IMG/VR virus record: IMGVR_UViG_3300045988_058662 | From: a virus | Strand: one strand, 5' to 3' | DNA length: 36,726 nt | Shown: positions 6,940 to 16,930 of the stretch, piece by piece | Position numbering within the stretch: position 1 is the stretch's first letter | Layout: every line of letters begins with the position of its first letter | Notes under the pieces: model-generated | Database searches by the model: none | The model's input: the letters and a program-made list of their open reading frames with translations, nothing else | What the model was told of the DNA's origin: nothing | Made by a program: the position numbers and the translations under genes

Positions 6940-9344
6940 GCACTTACAACCTCCTGCACTGCCCACACACCATCAAACACATCAAATTCATACGCTTTAG
7001 ATGCTTCAATGGTAGGGGCCGAGCCCATAAATGTGCCACTAAATGACACTGATACGCTGCTTCCCGTAGAAAACATGCCGTGCGCCCAGCCGGAGGCGGG
7101 CGGGGTAAACACGTATGTACCCACAGGAGAGGATACGTTATATATGGTGTTTGCCGTCAGCGCCGCGCCGCTGGCGGGGAGGGAGGAAGCTATAACAGGC
7201 GGGGTCAGGTAGTCCACACCGCCCGCGGCCTGCGCCACTTTGCCGCCTGCGCCTTTGAGCAGGCCGTTAATGTTGGTCGCGGTGTCGGCGGTTATCTCGT
7301 TAGGGCCAGCGGGGCCCTGTTCGCCCTGTGCGCCCGTATCGCCCTTCGCCCCGGTTTCGCCCTGCGGGCCTTTGATGCTGACGCTTGCGGGGTTATCCAG
7401 TCCGCCGTTGTTGCTCCATGAGATTATGCCCTCAGCAGATACCGAGGGGGTAAAGTATGGGCCGGTGTCGCCCTTGTCGCCGGGTTTGCCCTTTGCTCCG
7501 GGGTCGCCCTTGGAGCCTTGTATACCCTGCGGGCCTTGCTCGCCCGTGTCGCCCTTCGCGCCGGGGTCGCCCTTGTCTCCTTTTTCGCCCTGCGGGATTC
7601 CGAACTCAAAATCAAATACCTTTGCGGTGTCCGCGCCGCTTGCCGTTACCTTTACGGTGGCGGCGGTTCCGGCAGTGAGGGTGTTTGCCGTAGCGGTAGG
7701 TGTGCCAAACCCTGCGGCTGTGCCGGGGTCGCCCTTTGCGCCGGGGGTTCCCTGCGGGCCGGGGTCACCCTTGGGGCCTTGCTCGCCTTGTATGCCCTGC
7801 AAGCCCTGTATGCCCTGTTCGCCCTGCTCTCCTGCGGGGCCTTGCTCACCTGCGGGGCCGCGCTCGCCCTGCGGGCCTTTGATGTTGACGGGGTCGGGGT
7901 TGGCGAGGTCGCCGTTGTTTGTCCAGCTCAGCACGCCCTCGGCGGATACCGCCGGTGTGTAGTACGGACCGGTGTCGCCCTTGGCTCCGGCTGCGCCGGG
8001 GTCGCCTTTTGCGCCCTGCTCTCCCTGTATGCCCTGCTCACCCTGTATACCCTGCAAGCCCTGTGGGCCTTCGGGGCCTTGGATGCCTTGTTCGCCCTGT
8101 ATGCCCTGTTCACCCTGCGGGCCTCTGATGTTGGTTTCAGGGGGATTGTTCAGGCCGCCGTTGTTGCTCCACGATATAACGCCCTCGGCGGATACCGAGG
8201 GGGTAAAGTACGGGCCGGTGTCGCCCTTAGCTCCGGCTGCGCCGGGGTCGCCCTTTGCGCCGGGGTCGCCCTTGGGGCCGGGGTCGCCTTTAGGGCCAGT
8301 GGGGCCTTGCTCACCTTTTGCGCCCTGCAAGGGGCCGTTGTTCACCCACTTGGAATTTACACCGTCCCAGATATATATATCATACGGTTCGCCCGCGCCC
8401 ACGCCGTAAGCGTCACCAGCGGAGGGGTTAGATACTCCGGCTTGTAATGCGGAGAGGGAAGCGTAATAGCCCAACACGGCAAATCCTTCGCCCGTATCGC
8501 CCTTGGCTCCCTGTGCGCCCTGTGGCCCCCGTATATTGACTGTGGCGGGGTTATCCAGCCCACCGTCATTACTCCACGATAAATCGCCGTCAGCGGTCAC
8601 AGAGGGCGTATAGTGCGCTCCTGCGGGGCCTCGTTCGCCCGTGGCTCCCGTATCCCCCTTGGGGCCCGTTCCTCCCTTGTCTCCGGGGTCGCCTTTAGGC
8701 CCTTGGATACCCTGTTCACCTTTGGGGCCAGTGGGGCCCGTTTCTCCTGCGGCTCCTGTGTCGCCTTTATCGCCTTTCTTGCCTTCGGGGCCTTGGGGGC
8801 CGACGGGGCCGGGAGTGCCGTCCTGCCACGCCGAGCCGCTTGCGGTTCGAGTGAGTACCTGCCCCGGCGTTCCGCCCGCCGGCAATCCCCCGCCGCCGGA
8901 TCCGCCGCCGCTCTGCGCCGCCTCGTTTATGGCCGCTACAAGGGTATTCTTGTCCGCGGTGGTTAGCTCGTCCATGTCGCCGATTTTTGCAAGGAGTTGT
9001 TCGTATTGCGTCAGGGATATATCCGGCAGTTCGCCTTCCGTGGCCCCGAAGGGCAGCACGTCAAACTGCACCGGGCCAGCCGTTACGCGGCTGTCGCCCT
9101 TTATGCCGGAGAGCTTCAGCTCCCAGCGCCCCGCAGTAAGGTTCACGCCTTGCGCCGCGGTGATTTCGCCGTCCGTCAGCTCTGCGGTTATGGCTTTATT
9201 TCCGCAGACAAAATAGGCAGTGATAGCACGGCCTGCCCAGTCAGGATCAAACGTAAATTTAGCAGTCAGATAGTTTATGCTGTCCGCCACCACAAGCGGT
9301 GTACGCAGCATGAGCCTCTGCCCGCGTATAATGCCTGTAAGCAT
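6936..9344 (-). CDS. Collagen-like tail fibre / baseplate upper protein (BppU-like N-terminus)
   Basis: 802 aa. Long Gly-X-Y tracts ([16 protein letters not shown]...) are interrupted by four copies of the module Y[FY]TP[SA]VSAEG.(I/L)SW.NNG.L.NP. The globular N-terminus resembles BppU_N (from memory). Confidence 0.9.
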   Translation of the reverse strand: MLTGIIRGQRLMLRTPLVVADSINYLTAKFTFDPDWAGRAITAYFVCGNKAITAELTDGEITAAQGVNLTAGRWELKLSGIKGDSRVTAGPVQFDVLPFGATEGELPDISLTQYEQLLAKIGDMDELTTADKNTLVAAINEAAQSGGGSGGGGLPAGGTPGQVLTRTASGSAWQDGTPGPVGPQGPEGKKGDKGDTGAAGETGPTGPKGEQGIQGPKGDPGDKGGTGPKGDTGATGERGPAGAHYTPSVTADGDLSWSNDGGLDNPATVNIRGPQGAQGAKGDTGEGFAVLGYYASLSALQAGVSNPSAGDAYGVGAGEPYDIYIWDGVNSKWVNNGPLQGAKGEQGPTGPKGDPGPKGDPGAKGDPGAAGAKGDTGPYFTPSVSAEGVISWSNNGGLNNPPETNIRGPQGEQGIQGEQGIQGPEGPQGLQGIQGEQGIQGEQGAKGDPGAAGAKGDTGPYYTPAVSAEGVLSWTNNGDLANPDPVNIKGPQGERGPAGEQGPAGEQGEQGIQGLQGIQGEQGPKGDPGPQGTPGAKGDPGTAAGFGTPTATANTLTAGTAATVKVTASGADTAKVFDFEFGIPQGEKGDKGDPGAKGDTGEQGPQGIQGSKGDPGAKGKPGDKGDTGPYFTPSVSAEGIISWSNNGGLDNPASVSIKGPQGETGAKGDTGAQGEQGPAGPNEITADTATNINGLLKGAGGKVAQAAGGVDYLTPPVIASSLPASGAALTANTIYNVSSPVGTYVFTPPASGWAHGMFSTGSSVSVSFSGTFMGSAPTIEASKAYEFDVFDGVWAVQEVVSA
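7302..8816 (-). repeat. Collagen triplet tracts plus four roughly 90-nt module repeats
   Basis: Gly-X-Y coding periodicity is visible throughout. The modules lie at 8526..8615, 8121..8210, 7875..7964 and 7368..7457. Their DNA shares blocks such as TCCA(C/T)GA...GCGGATACCGAGGGGGTAAAGTA. Confidence 0.85.
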
Positions 9345-9354
9345 GGGTTCCCTC

Positions 9355-9585
9355 CTACAGTTTGTATTCTATGACATAAGTGCCGGATACCTTATTCACC
9401 TTTACCCGGTCGCCCGCCGTCAGCGAGAGCGCGGCGTTATATTTATAGCGTTTCTGCGTAGCGGTAGTTTCACCGTCAAATTTTAATGTGGCTTTGCCGC
9501 CGGACACTGCCACCACAGAGGCAAATTTCGCCGCTGATGGCCTGCGCTTTTGCAAAAAAAGTGCTTCTTGCTCCTGATATATCAC
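9355..9585 (-). CDS. Small tail/baseplate-associated protein (76 aa)
   Basis: The ORF start overlaps the upstream stop. It lies between the Tal-like gene and the fibre gene. Confidence 0.6.
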   Translation of the reverse strand: MIYQEQEALFLQKRRPSAAKFASVVAVSGGKATLKFDGETTATQKRYKYNAALSLTAGDRVKVNKVSGTYVIEYKL

Positions 9586-10634
9586 ACAAACACCACCTTT
9601 TTTGCCTGATGCTCCATGAGGGCGCCAGGGCGTATCTCTATTTTCCAGTCGGTTTCCTCGTATACGCCCACCAGTTCCCCGTTATACAGCGCGATAACGT
9701 CTCCCACGCCGTGGGCAGGGTTTATGGCCGTGTAAAATTTGATTTTTTGTGTGGCAAACATGGATTTTATGGCGAGATTATCGGCATACTGTTGCAGTGC
9801 CGCTTGGCTCGCTATGTTGTCCAGTTCAACTGGCGTCGCCAATATGCGCCGCCCCCTGCGTACCGTGGACAAAGCGGAGATCATGCTGTCATTTATGCCC
9901 GTTGCGGTCATGGGGTTGTCATAGTCAGGGTTAGATACGTTGACGATGAAAACGTTGGGGGCCTCATATATGTCCATTTCCTCTGTGTATTCCGGGGCGA
10001 TAATACTATATTCGTCGTCCCGATACTCCCGGTCTATGTTGGAGCTGGACGGAGCCTCGTACCTTTCAAGGCGGGCTACCCCATCAAAATCAAACCAAAT
10101 ATCCGAAAAGTTTATTTCGGACAGCAGTGCATTGATGATGGTGAGATATTCCGTTCCTATTTCCCAATCCTCACGGTCTGTGGCAAGAGTGTCCTCGCAA
10201 TCGTCCATCCGTATGCGCGGTATTCCGGCGTCCCGGATAAGGCCCTGTATCGCGGTCATGTATGGCGTCCCCGCCGCAATATAATACCGGGTCTCGGTTT
10301 TGGTCTGTTTGAGCCTCAGTGCCCGATCGTATGCCTCTATGGTGTCCTCGTCCTTGCCGTATTTAGTGTGTTTGGTGGTCAGCGTGCCCACCATGTATAT
10401 GCCGAGAGGATACTCTATGCCGTCCTTGATGTAATACGGCCTTATTTCATCGTTTAGATAATCCACATTGTCGTTATGCTCGAACACGCCGTACATGGAG
10501 GTCTTTATTTCTCCGTCGGCAGCCATGGTGACGGTGGGATAGTCATCTCCCACCGCCGTCAGATTGTGCTCTGTAACAGCCCCGTTGCGTATCACCTCAA
10601 AGCGGCTGGCTACTACGCTCATCGTATCAATCAT
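9582..10634 (-). CDS. Tail-tip / baseplate hub protein (Tal-like)
   Basis: Start trimmed to the ATG at 10634, which overlaps the upstream stop and has GAGAGGA upstream. It is the second gene after the tape measure. The family assignment rests on position and size, not on a motif. Confidence 0.6.
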   Translation of the reverse strand: MIDTMSVVASRFEVIRNGAVTEHNLTAVGDDYPTVTMAADGEIKTSMYGVFEHNDNVDYLNDEIRPYYIKDGIEYPLGIYMVGTLTTKHTKYGKDEDTIEAYDRALRLKQTKTETRYYIAAGTPYMTAIQGLIRDAGIPRIRMDDCEDTLATDREDWEIGTEYLTIINALLSEINFSDIWFDFDGVARLERYEAPSSSNIDREYRDDEYSIIAPEYTEEMDIYEAPNVFIVNVSNPDYDNPMTATGINDSMISALSTVRRGRRILATPVELDNIASQAALQQYADNLAIKSMFATQKIKFYTAINPAHGVGDVIALYNGELVGVYEETDWKIEIRPGALMEHQAKKVVFV

Positions 10635-12390
10635 GCTCGATCCTCTCATTGTTGTCCGTCTGCTGTATGCTGCACGAAAACGCCCTGAAAAACTGGTCTA
10701 CGCTCAGCTCGAAGCCCATCAGCGGGCCGGTGCACAGGCAGCCGTGCTGATCTCTGTATATCACGGTCTTGCCCAGCAGTCCCTCAAAAGCCGCTGCCTG
10801 TGCCGCATCGTTAAAGGCAGCGTTAAAACTGTATATTTTGGTTATTTGCTGCGAGGTCTCAGCCACGGGATACCGCCGCCCGGCGTAAAACTGATACGCT
10901 ACATCCTGATACGCCGACACGCCCAGCGGGCTATTCTGCGCGGTGGAATATTCCAGCCGCAACCATTGCATTTCGCCCAGCGCCGCTATCTCCGGCGCGT
11001 CTACCGAAAGTGTGACCGTGACCTCATTGGACATGGAGTAACTGTCTCCAGCAACGCCGCGCACTTTATATTTGTGCGTCCCTATGGCCATTTGGTCGGA
11101 GTATGTGTGTGCCGTGGTTTTTGCTATTGGTATGTCATCGCGGTAGATATAGTAAGTTTTGTGATCCGTTTCTGTCCACGCAAGGGCCGCTTTTTCGCCG
11201 CCCGCGGCAAAAAGTGTTATTGGCGCGCCGGGGGTGTTGGCAACGGTAAAATCAGCCGTTCCCCAATCGCTCCAAAGGCCATATTCGTTTTGTATCCGCA
11301 CCGAGGCGGTGTGCGCGCCATCATTCAGATATTCTTTAACCTTATACTGCCCGTCAGTGCTGTAAGCGGTGTGCAATACTGCATTGTCGATCTTTATTTG
11401 ATAGGCAAGCTGCCCCTCGCCTGTCCACGTTATCACCGGCCTCGGGCTTGCCGTTGCGGATACCGTCGGTGTGGATGGTTTGCCCTGAGCCGTAAACGAT
11501 ACTTCCGTGCTCCATGCGGATACGGCATCATAAATATTAGTGCAGCGCACACGCCAGTATACGGTTCCCGCAACTAAGGTATTCGGCGGTATGTCGGCGT
11601 ATGTGTTTGCCGTTTCTCCTGTTTGCAGCTCCGTCCATTCTGTATGTGACGCGTCTTTGTATTGCAGTTCGTATTTTTTCTGTGGGATGCTGTTTTCGCT
11701 TTTGTACGTCCACTCGAACCTTACGGTCTCCCAGCTTCCGGCGTATGTGTTCTTTGGTTTTGTCGCCGTTGCGGTTATTTTATCGTTCGGGAGCAGATCC
11801 TTTATGTAGTAGCTGCCATCGGAGTTTTGGGCATCCTCCAGTTGTGTTGATTGGGGGATTACAAAAGCGGGGACAACCCCGTAGAAGTTGGACGGGTAGT
11901 TGGTGAAGGCGGTGCCATCGGTGAGGACGTAGCGCGAGTAGGGGGTACTGCTGCGCGACGAGAGCCACCATTTGGCTGCCGAGCCGTCAAGGGTTTTAAC
12001 CCTGCTGGTGTTGCTCGTGTATAATTGGAGCGCTTTGCCCTCCGCAACTCCGTTGTTATCCCCAAAGCCCACCATAGTATAGGTCAGGGCAAACATTTTG
12101 CGGGTTATGCTGCCGCTGCCTTCGAGCGCGAAGGTGACGTTTAACATTTTCTCGCGCAGCGCTTGCGGGAAACTGTTGAATATCGTATTTTTTATAAGGT
12201 TATCCAGTGTTCCGTTCGGGTATAGGGTCGAGTTTCCAAACTCCGATTCTTCGTATGCATTTTTGTATACCAGCACCGCTCCGCCGGATACGAGGTTATT
12301 TTTATCAGCCACTTCGCATAGCCTGTTTTCTTCGGTGCCTACCGGGATGAGTATTGTTGCCCCGAGCGGCAAATCTGCTAATGTCGCCAT
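10627..12390 (-). CDS. Distal-tail-protein-like protein with an N-terminal DUF6273-like domain and three FN3-like repeats
   Basis: It follows the tape measure gene directly. The N-terminal roughly 205 aa carry ITRKMF, KWWLSS and GVVPAFVIP. The middle has FN3-like repeats (W..V......Y.Y.V.A). The C-terminal roughly 150 aa look like the N-terminal domain of siphovirus tail (Dit) proteins. Confidence 0.75.
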   Translation of the reverse strand: MATLADLPLGATILIPVGTEENRLCEVADKNNLVSGGAVLVYKNAYEESEFGNSTLYPNGTLDNLIKNTIFNSFPQALREKMLNVTFALEGSGSITRKMFALTYTMVGFGDNNGVAEGKALQLYTSNTSRVKTLDGSAAKWWLSSRSSTPYSRYVLTDGTAFTNYPSNFYGVVPAFVIPQSTQLEDAQNSDGSYYIKDLLPNDKITATATKPKNTYAGSWETVRFEWTYKSENSIPQKKYELQYKDASHTEWTELQTGETANTYADIPPNTLVAGTVYWRVRCTNIYDAVSAWSTEVSFTAQGKPSTPTVSATASPRPVITWTGEGQLAYQIKIDNAVLHTAYSTDGQYKVKEYLNDGAHTASVRIQNEYGLWSDWGTADFTVANTPGAPITLFAAGGEKAALAWTETDHKTYYIYRDDIPIAKTTAHTYSDQMAIGTHKYKVRGVAGDSYSMSNEVTVTLSVDAPEIAALGEMQWLRLEYSTAQNSPLGVSAYQDVAYQFYAGRRYPVAETSQQITKIYSFNAAFNDAAQAAAFEGLLGKTVIYRDQHGCLCTGPLMGFELSVDQFFRAFSCSIQQTDNNERIEHD

Positions 12391-12393
12391 ATA

Positions 12394-14103
12394 TTATCCT
12401 CCGTATCCCATCCGCACGCTGCGGCGGTAGTTGTTCGCCATGTCGATGAGCTTCTGTATGTCGCTTATCTGCGACATATTGACGCTGATGTTGAATGTGT
12501 CGCCGCCCACGCTGCGGCTCTCCTGGTTGGTGAGCACCTGGCTTCCCTTTGGGAGGTTGACCAGCTCCGGGCCGTTCTCCCCCACCCAAGTCAGGCCGCC
12601 GCGCCAGTTGTCGGTGCCGGCGGCGTTATATGCCACGCTGCCTACCCAGCGCCCGAAACTGCTGTTAGTGCCATTCAAAACATTGGCAATATTTTGTATA
12701 TGACTGGTGTCAAAGTCCTTTTGGCCGAACGAAAATAAATATTCCAGCGCATCTACCAGTACGCCCACCGCATTGGCGGCTATATTTATCGCATCTGCAA
12801 TCATGGACAGTACGCCGTTTATCGCATCAAAAGCTGGTTTTAGCTGGCTAAGTATATCAAGTAACGGTTCCAGCACTTGCAGGAGATTTGCTACCACTTC
12901 TAAAAGCTTGCCGAACATTTCCACAAGGCCGGTATCCGCTGCAAATTCGGCAAATTTAGTGGCAAGGTCGCCCACTACCTGTAGCACCTGTTCAAGAGAC
13001 GGGGCAAACTCGGCGGCAACGTTGCTTTTTGCCGTGTTTATCCTGTTTTCAAACTCTCCCAGCGCGTCGCTGAGCGAGGAAAGCCTCTGTATATTCTCAT
13101 CGCTCACTATTGGAGCAGCCGAGGCCGCCTGTCCCAGTGCCATGCCGTATTTCTCCAGCATGGGGATAACAGCCTCTTCACCGGTAGTGCCCAACAGTTT
13201 AGATGCTATTGCATTTCGCTCGGTAACATCAGACATTTGTGCCAATGCGTTGTATACTTCTGCAAATAGCTGTGCCTGTGATTTCATCGTACCGTCGGTG
13301 TTTGTCACCGATACGCCGAGGCGGTCGAACATTTCCGCCGCTTCGCCGGAGCCGCTGGCGGCGTCCTGTGCTTTCTCCGCAAGGGCGGAAAGGTCTCCCT
13401 TAGCCTGATCCATCGAGTAACCCACGGACTGCATTACATAATCGAGCTGCTGATATGATTCGGTGGACATGCCAAGCTGAGATGAACCGCTCTCGATTTC
13501 TTTGGCCCATTCTGCCTGCTGCACCGTCAAGTCGATAAGCGCTTTTTCTACCACCACTATCGCGGCGGCTACCGCCGCAAACGTGCCTATCAGCGCCATG
13601 GATTGACCGTCTATCTTCACCATCCCGTCGAGGGTTCCCTTGATGTTGTCCGGCAGGCTTATTCCAAATTTGCTGCCCAGTTCGTCGAGCGCATCGCCCA
13701 GCCCCTTGCTGTTGTCCCCCGCATTATCAGCCCCATCGCCGTACTCTTTCAAGGCTTCCGTGTTGTTTTTCAGCTCTTTTTCGGCTTTTATGAGCGCCGT
13801 TTCGGTGTCGTTCACGGCCTTTTTCATGCGCATCGTGCGTTCGTCGGCCTCGCCATAGGCCGCGCCCACCTTCTTTAGCCACTCTTCCTGCAATTCCAGT
13901 TTGTCTTTCAGGTTCAACACGCTTTCGTCGAGGTTTTTGTTTTTTGCGTTCAACGCCTCGGCGGAATCGGCATTATCCTCAAACTGCGCCGCCAGCTTTT
14001 TTGATTCCGATTGCAGCACTTTCATGCCATTATCTATGCTTTTCAGTGCTTCTTTATATTCCTTTTCCCCTTCGGCTATAAATTTCGTTCTTATGTTCGG
14101 CAT
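12394..14103 (-). CDS. Tape measure protein
   Basis: 569 aa, Ala/Leu/Glu-rich coiled coil with a hydrophobic central segment. It directly follows the G/GT chaperone. RBS is GGGAGGTG. Confidence 0.9.
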   Translation of the reverse strand: MPNIRTKFIAEGEKEYKEALKSIDNGMKVLQSESKKLAAQFEDNADSAEALNAKNKNLDESVLNLKDKLELQEEWLKKVGAAYGEADERTMRMKKAVNDTETALIKAEKELKNNTEALKEYGDGADNAGDNSKGLGDALDELGSKFGISLPDNIKGTLDGMVKIDGQSMALIGTFAAVAAAIVVVEKALIDLTVQQAEWAKEIESGSSQLGMSTESYQQLDYVMQSVGYSMDQAKGDLSALAEKAQDAASGSGEAAEMFDRLGVSVTNTDGTMKSQAQLFAEVYNALAQMSDVTERNAIASKLLGTTGEEAVIPMLEKYGMALGQAASAAPIVSDENIQRLSSLSDALGEFENRINTAKSNVAAEFAPSLEQVLQVVGDLATKFAEFAADTGLVEMFGKLLEVVANLLQVLEPLLDILSQLKPAFDAINGVLSMIADAINIAANAVGVLVDALEYLFSFGQKDFDTSHIQNIANVLNGTNSSFGRWVGSVAYNAAGTDNWRGGLTWVGENGPELVNLPKGSQVLTNQESRSVGGDTFNISVNMSQISDIQKLIDMANNYRRSVRMGYGG

Positions 14104-14633
14104 TTACGCACCTCCCAAAAATGCGGATAGGCTTTTAGTTTCCTCCTGCGTTATGCCCTGCATTTTTGCATATTCTTTGATTATTCTTGCTATCCTGTAC
14201 GGCGTGGCCGTTTTCCAGAATTCCCTTTCACTCAGTCCGAATCGTATCACCCATACCGTAAGATACCACGCGAAATTTATGGGTTCGTCTTCCGCGTGGT
14301 TTTCGCGTTTTTTGGTTCCGCTTCCTCATCGCCGCGAAGCGCCGCTGCAGTCAGGTCCATCACGAGCGACGTTACGCCCGAAAGCTGTGAGGGCGGTATG
14401 AGCCGCCCCACTTGCTTCACGGTATAAGACTTGTCGGAGCCCTCGCTGTCAAGATAGTCGTTTATCATGGCAGTCAAAAAGCACAAGATTGTCTTTGTCG
14501 TAGCGCTCCTGAGCGCTTTTGATATATTGCCGTCAAACATTTCCTGCACGTCCGCCAGCACGTTCATGTTGCAGCAGAGGGTCATTTCCTGTCCGTCAAA
14601 GGTGTATTTTGCGGTTTTCAGTCTTATATCCAT
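14104..14633 (-). CDS. Tail assembly chaperone GT fusion, produced by a -1 programmed frameshift
   Basis: The -1 frame is open from the slippery site at 14307-14313 to a TAA at 14104-14106, which abuts the tape measure ATG. The extension reads KKRENHAEDEPINFAWYLTVWVIRFGLSEREFWKTATPYRIARIIKEYAKMQGITQEETKSLSAFLGGA. Confidence 0.8.
14277..14633 (-). CDS. Tail assembly chaperone (G-like)
   Basis: ORF trimmed to the ATG at 14633 (RBS AAGGAGAA), 11 nt after the major tail stop. It occupies the canonical position between the major tail and tape measure genes. Confidence 0.8.
   Translation of the reverse strand: MDIRLKTAKYTFDGQEMTLCCNMNVLADVQEMFDGNISKALRSATTKTILCFLTAMINDYLDSEGSDKSYTVKQVGRLIPPSQLSGVTSLVMDLTAAALRGDEEAEPKNAKTTRKTNP
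14307..14313 (-). promoter_or_regulatory. Slippery heptamer A_AAA_AAC for -1 ribosomal frameshifting
   Basis: The zero-frame codons CCA AAA AAC were verified codon by codon. This is the X_XXY_YYZ pattern in the correct phase. Confidence 0.8.
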
Positions 14634-14644
14634 GCCGTTCTCCT

Positions 14645-15226
14645 TTATGACGCGCCGAAGCACTTGTTTATCCACGCTACTGCATCGCTTTCGCTTGCCA
14701 GTGTTGCGATCTCCATGATATTCTTGTCCTCGCTGTCATCTGCCAAAAACTCGCCCGTGGTCGTGGGGGTCTGGAAGGTGATGCTGTCGCCTTTTGTGGC
14801 GTATACATAGCCGGGTGCGCCAAAAAGCACCTTGTACACAAAGACGGCGGTATATTTGTCCGTGCCGTCAATAGCGTCCGGGGCGTAAAAGCCCATGCCG
14901 ACATACTTTGCGATGTCCTTTGCAGTGGCTTTAAGGCTCTTTTGTGAGGCGTTTGTTCCTACGTTGCGCGTATTTTCGCTCATGCCAAAAAGCAGTTTCT
15001 GTGCCGCGTCGGTGATGTATTTCACGCCAACGCTGGCGGTGCCGCCAGTTATGAGCTTCTTGTACTCGGCAAGGCGGCTCTCGGCGTACAGTCTGCCCTC
15101 GGCAGCGGTCAGGTTCAGCTCCACGCTCATTGCGTCGCCCATGCTTACGGGCGTATCATAAGTGATGGTGCCGTCGGTATTTGTGTACTTGCCGATTTTT
15201 ATTCCTCTGAGGTCAAAAGTAGGCAT
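14645..15226 (-). CDS. Major tail protein (phi13 / Phage_TTP_1-like)
   Basis: 193 aa, starting MPTFDLRGIKIGKYTN...AEGRLYAESRLAE. It sits in the position before the chaperone genes. Confidence 0.85.
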   Translation of the reverse strand: MPTFDLRGIKIGKYTNTDGTITYDTPVSMGDAMSVELNLTAAEGRLYAESRLAEYKKLITGGTASVGVKYITDAAQKLLFGMSENTRNVGTNASQKSLKATAKDIAKYVGMGFYAPDAIDGTDKYTAVFVYKVLFGAPGYVYATKGDSITFQTPTTTGEFLADDSEDKNIMEIATLASESDAVAWINKCFGAS

Positions 15227-15643
15227 TTAATCCAATCCTTTCTGCTTAAAAAATAGGTTTACCTTTTGGTTCAAAATTTCCTCAAATCTCTTTACTGCGC
15301 GTTCCTCGGCTATTGTCCAGAAGCGGGAACCGGGGTCGTTAGAGCGCCCATAGTTGCGGCTGAATGCCACTTGCCCATTGGACGCGCCGCTGTCGTTTTT
15401 CCCTGTGGGCTTTACCATAACATAGCGGGAGCCGTCCTTATCCTTGCCTTTTGATTTTTTGATAGAGCGTAGCAGAGAGCCGGTACGATATTCGCCATAC
15501 TGATATATGGCCCGTTCGATTTCCTGTTTTGCATAGTCTGCGCCATCGTTCATCAGTTCGTCGTTTAGTTCGTCTATGCCGTCCCTTACGCCTTTTAGGG
15601 CCGCCTCCACCTCATCAAATCCGGAAAACTCAACGTTAGCCAT
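15227..15643 (-). CDS. HK97 gp10-family neck/tail component
   Basis: Sequence MANVEFSGFDEVEAALKG...RTGSLLRSIK fits the gp10-like pattern. Confidence 0.7.
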   Translation of the reverse strand: MANVEFSGFDEVEAALKGVRDGIDELNDELMNDGADYAKQEIERAIYQYGEYRTGSLLRSIKKSKGKDKDGSRYVMVKPTGKNDSGASNGQVAFSRNYGRSNDPGSRFWTIAEERAVKRFEEILNQKVNLFFKQKGLD

Positions 15644-15959
15644 ATATCCCTCCTACGCCCACCGCGGTCATGGCAATGTGGTACAGTCCCGTGTCCACTT
15701 CGTATATTTCCGCGTCCACAGTGCAACTCCAGCCTGCCGCAGCAAGCCTGCCCTTGATATCCTTTATAGCCAGCTCGAACGGGGGAGTGTCGGTGTAGTA
15801 ATCCACAGAGTACATCACTCCAGTTTCTTTTTCTTCTCCGTCTGCGTACAGTATCGCAACCTGACCCATGCATTGATATGTGATGTAGGTGCGTTGGTCG
15901 CCCATGTAGGGCGGGTGGCATACGGTGTATCCATCCTTGAGTATCTCCGCTATGGTCAT
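15636..15959 (-). CDS. Neck / tail-completion protein (107 aa, family unclear)
   Basis: The ORF is overlap-coupled on both sides within the connector gene string. Confidence 0.55.
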   Translation of the reverse strand: MTIAEILKDGYTVCHPPYMGDQRTYITYQCMGQVAILYADGEEKETGVMYSVDYYTDTPPFELAIKDIKGRLAAAGWSCTVDAEIYEVDTGLYHIAMTAVGVGGIYG

Positions 15960-16309
15960 GCCGTCACCACCCTTTGCGCCTTGATCTCCAGATATTCCCG
16001 GCGGTCTCCGACATTATCTATGCTGATGATCTCGTAAGGCTCGGCATCCCGCTCATGCCATATGCGGCACTCGACGGTCACAAGGGGCGAGTAGCGCATG
16101 GTTATGGTCACGGGCTGCCGCAAGTGCAGTTCTTCCGCCTGATATACCTCAGTACCGTGGGCATTCACCCACTTGCACCACACGGGGCCGGGGAAAACAT
16201 TTTTAAAGTTTTCCGCGCTGAATCCGGCTTTGATGCTGTATTCCGGCGCTTTTATGGTGATTTTCGTTCGCATTTCGCCTGCTCCAGCTTTAATTGCCAT
16301 CAAAACCAC
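15956..16309 (-). CDS. Head closure / head-tail adaptor protein
   Basis: 117 aa, positioned after the gp6-like connector. The GEMRTKITIK start is typical of Phage_H_T_join-type proteins. Confidence 0.7.
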   Translation of the reverse strand: MVLMAIKAGAGEMRTKITIKAPEYSIKAGFSAENFKNVFPGPVWCKWVNAHGTEVYQAEELHLRQPVTITMRYSPLVTVECRIWHERDAEPYEIISIDNVGDRREYLEIKAQRVVTA

Positions 16310-16797
16310 CAGCCTTTATATTGATTCAGCATCGCGCGAACCGCTATGTCTATCTCGGCCGTAGAACCCTGTATCACAGCCTCCCGGTTGGTGTACCAAT
16401 GGCCTATAAGCAGCAACATTGCCTGTCGCACAAGGTAGGGTGTCTCCTCGTATCCCGCGGTGTAGGTTATGACCGCGTCGGGCTTATTTACCGTAACAGT
16501 GCCTCTGCGTATATCAGCGGTATACTCCGCCGCTTCGCCGTTTACCGTAACGCTGTCCACGCTCATCACAGGGCCACGCGGGAGTGTCACAGTGCCGCTC
16601 ACCTCCGGGTAAGCGGTTATGGACTGCTCCGCAAATGACTTCCCGCAATAGTTTTCGCAATACTCGCGGGCCGCGCTTATGAGAGGAGCTATTATATCCT
16701 TGTCCTCGCTGGTATCGCCGGGGTTATTCCGCAGATGTAGTTTTACCTCTTCGAGGCTTAGCGGTTCCACTGCCGGGGGTTGTCTTGTTATTACCAT
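16300..16797 (-). CDS. gp6-like head-tail connector (DNA-packaging QLRG-type)
   Basis: Motif LSLEEVKLHLRN...EDKDIIAPLISAAREYCENYCG. RBS is GGAGG 8 nt upstream. Confidence 0.75.
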   Translation of the reverse strand: MVITRQPPAVEPLSLEEVKLHLRNNPGDTSEDKDIIAPLISAAREYCENYCGKSFAEQSITAYPEVSGTVTLPRGPVMSVDSVTVNGEAAEYTADIRRGTVTVNKPDAVITYTAGYEETPYLVRQAMLLLIGHWYTNREAVIQGSTAEIDIAVRAMLNQYKGWWF

Positions 16798-16930
16798 TGT
16801 CGGCCTCCATGGCTATGGCGTAACAGCCGCTGATGAGCTGCCGCGCCGTTGCCTCGTCTATGTCAATGATGGAGCCGGGCGGGGTTACTCCCTCCGGCCC
16901 GGCTGCCAAGGTCAACATTTTGATTTTCAT
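16724..16930 (-). CDS. Small protein following the capsid gene (68 aa)
   Basis: The ATG overlaps the capsid TGA by 1 nt. MKIKMLTLAAGPEGV...IDIDEATARQLISGCYA resembles small post-capsid proteins in HK97-like phages. The 3' end overlaps the next gene by 74 nt, so the end is uncertain. Confidence 0.4.
   Translation of the reverse strand: MKIKMLTLAAGPEGVTPPGSIIDIDEATARQLISGCYAIAMEADNGNNKTTPGSGTAKPRRGKTTSAE

Noticed and set aside
7080-9374. Long plus-strand ORFs (up to 309 aa; Pro/Ala/Ser/Cys-rich) across 7080..9374.
   Set aside because: They are antisense shadows of the Gly-X-Y collagen repeats. GGN and CCN periodicity suppresses stop codons. They have no RBSs and overlap a strongly supported minus-strand gene.
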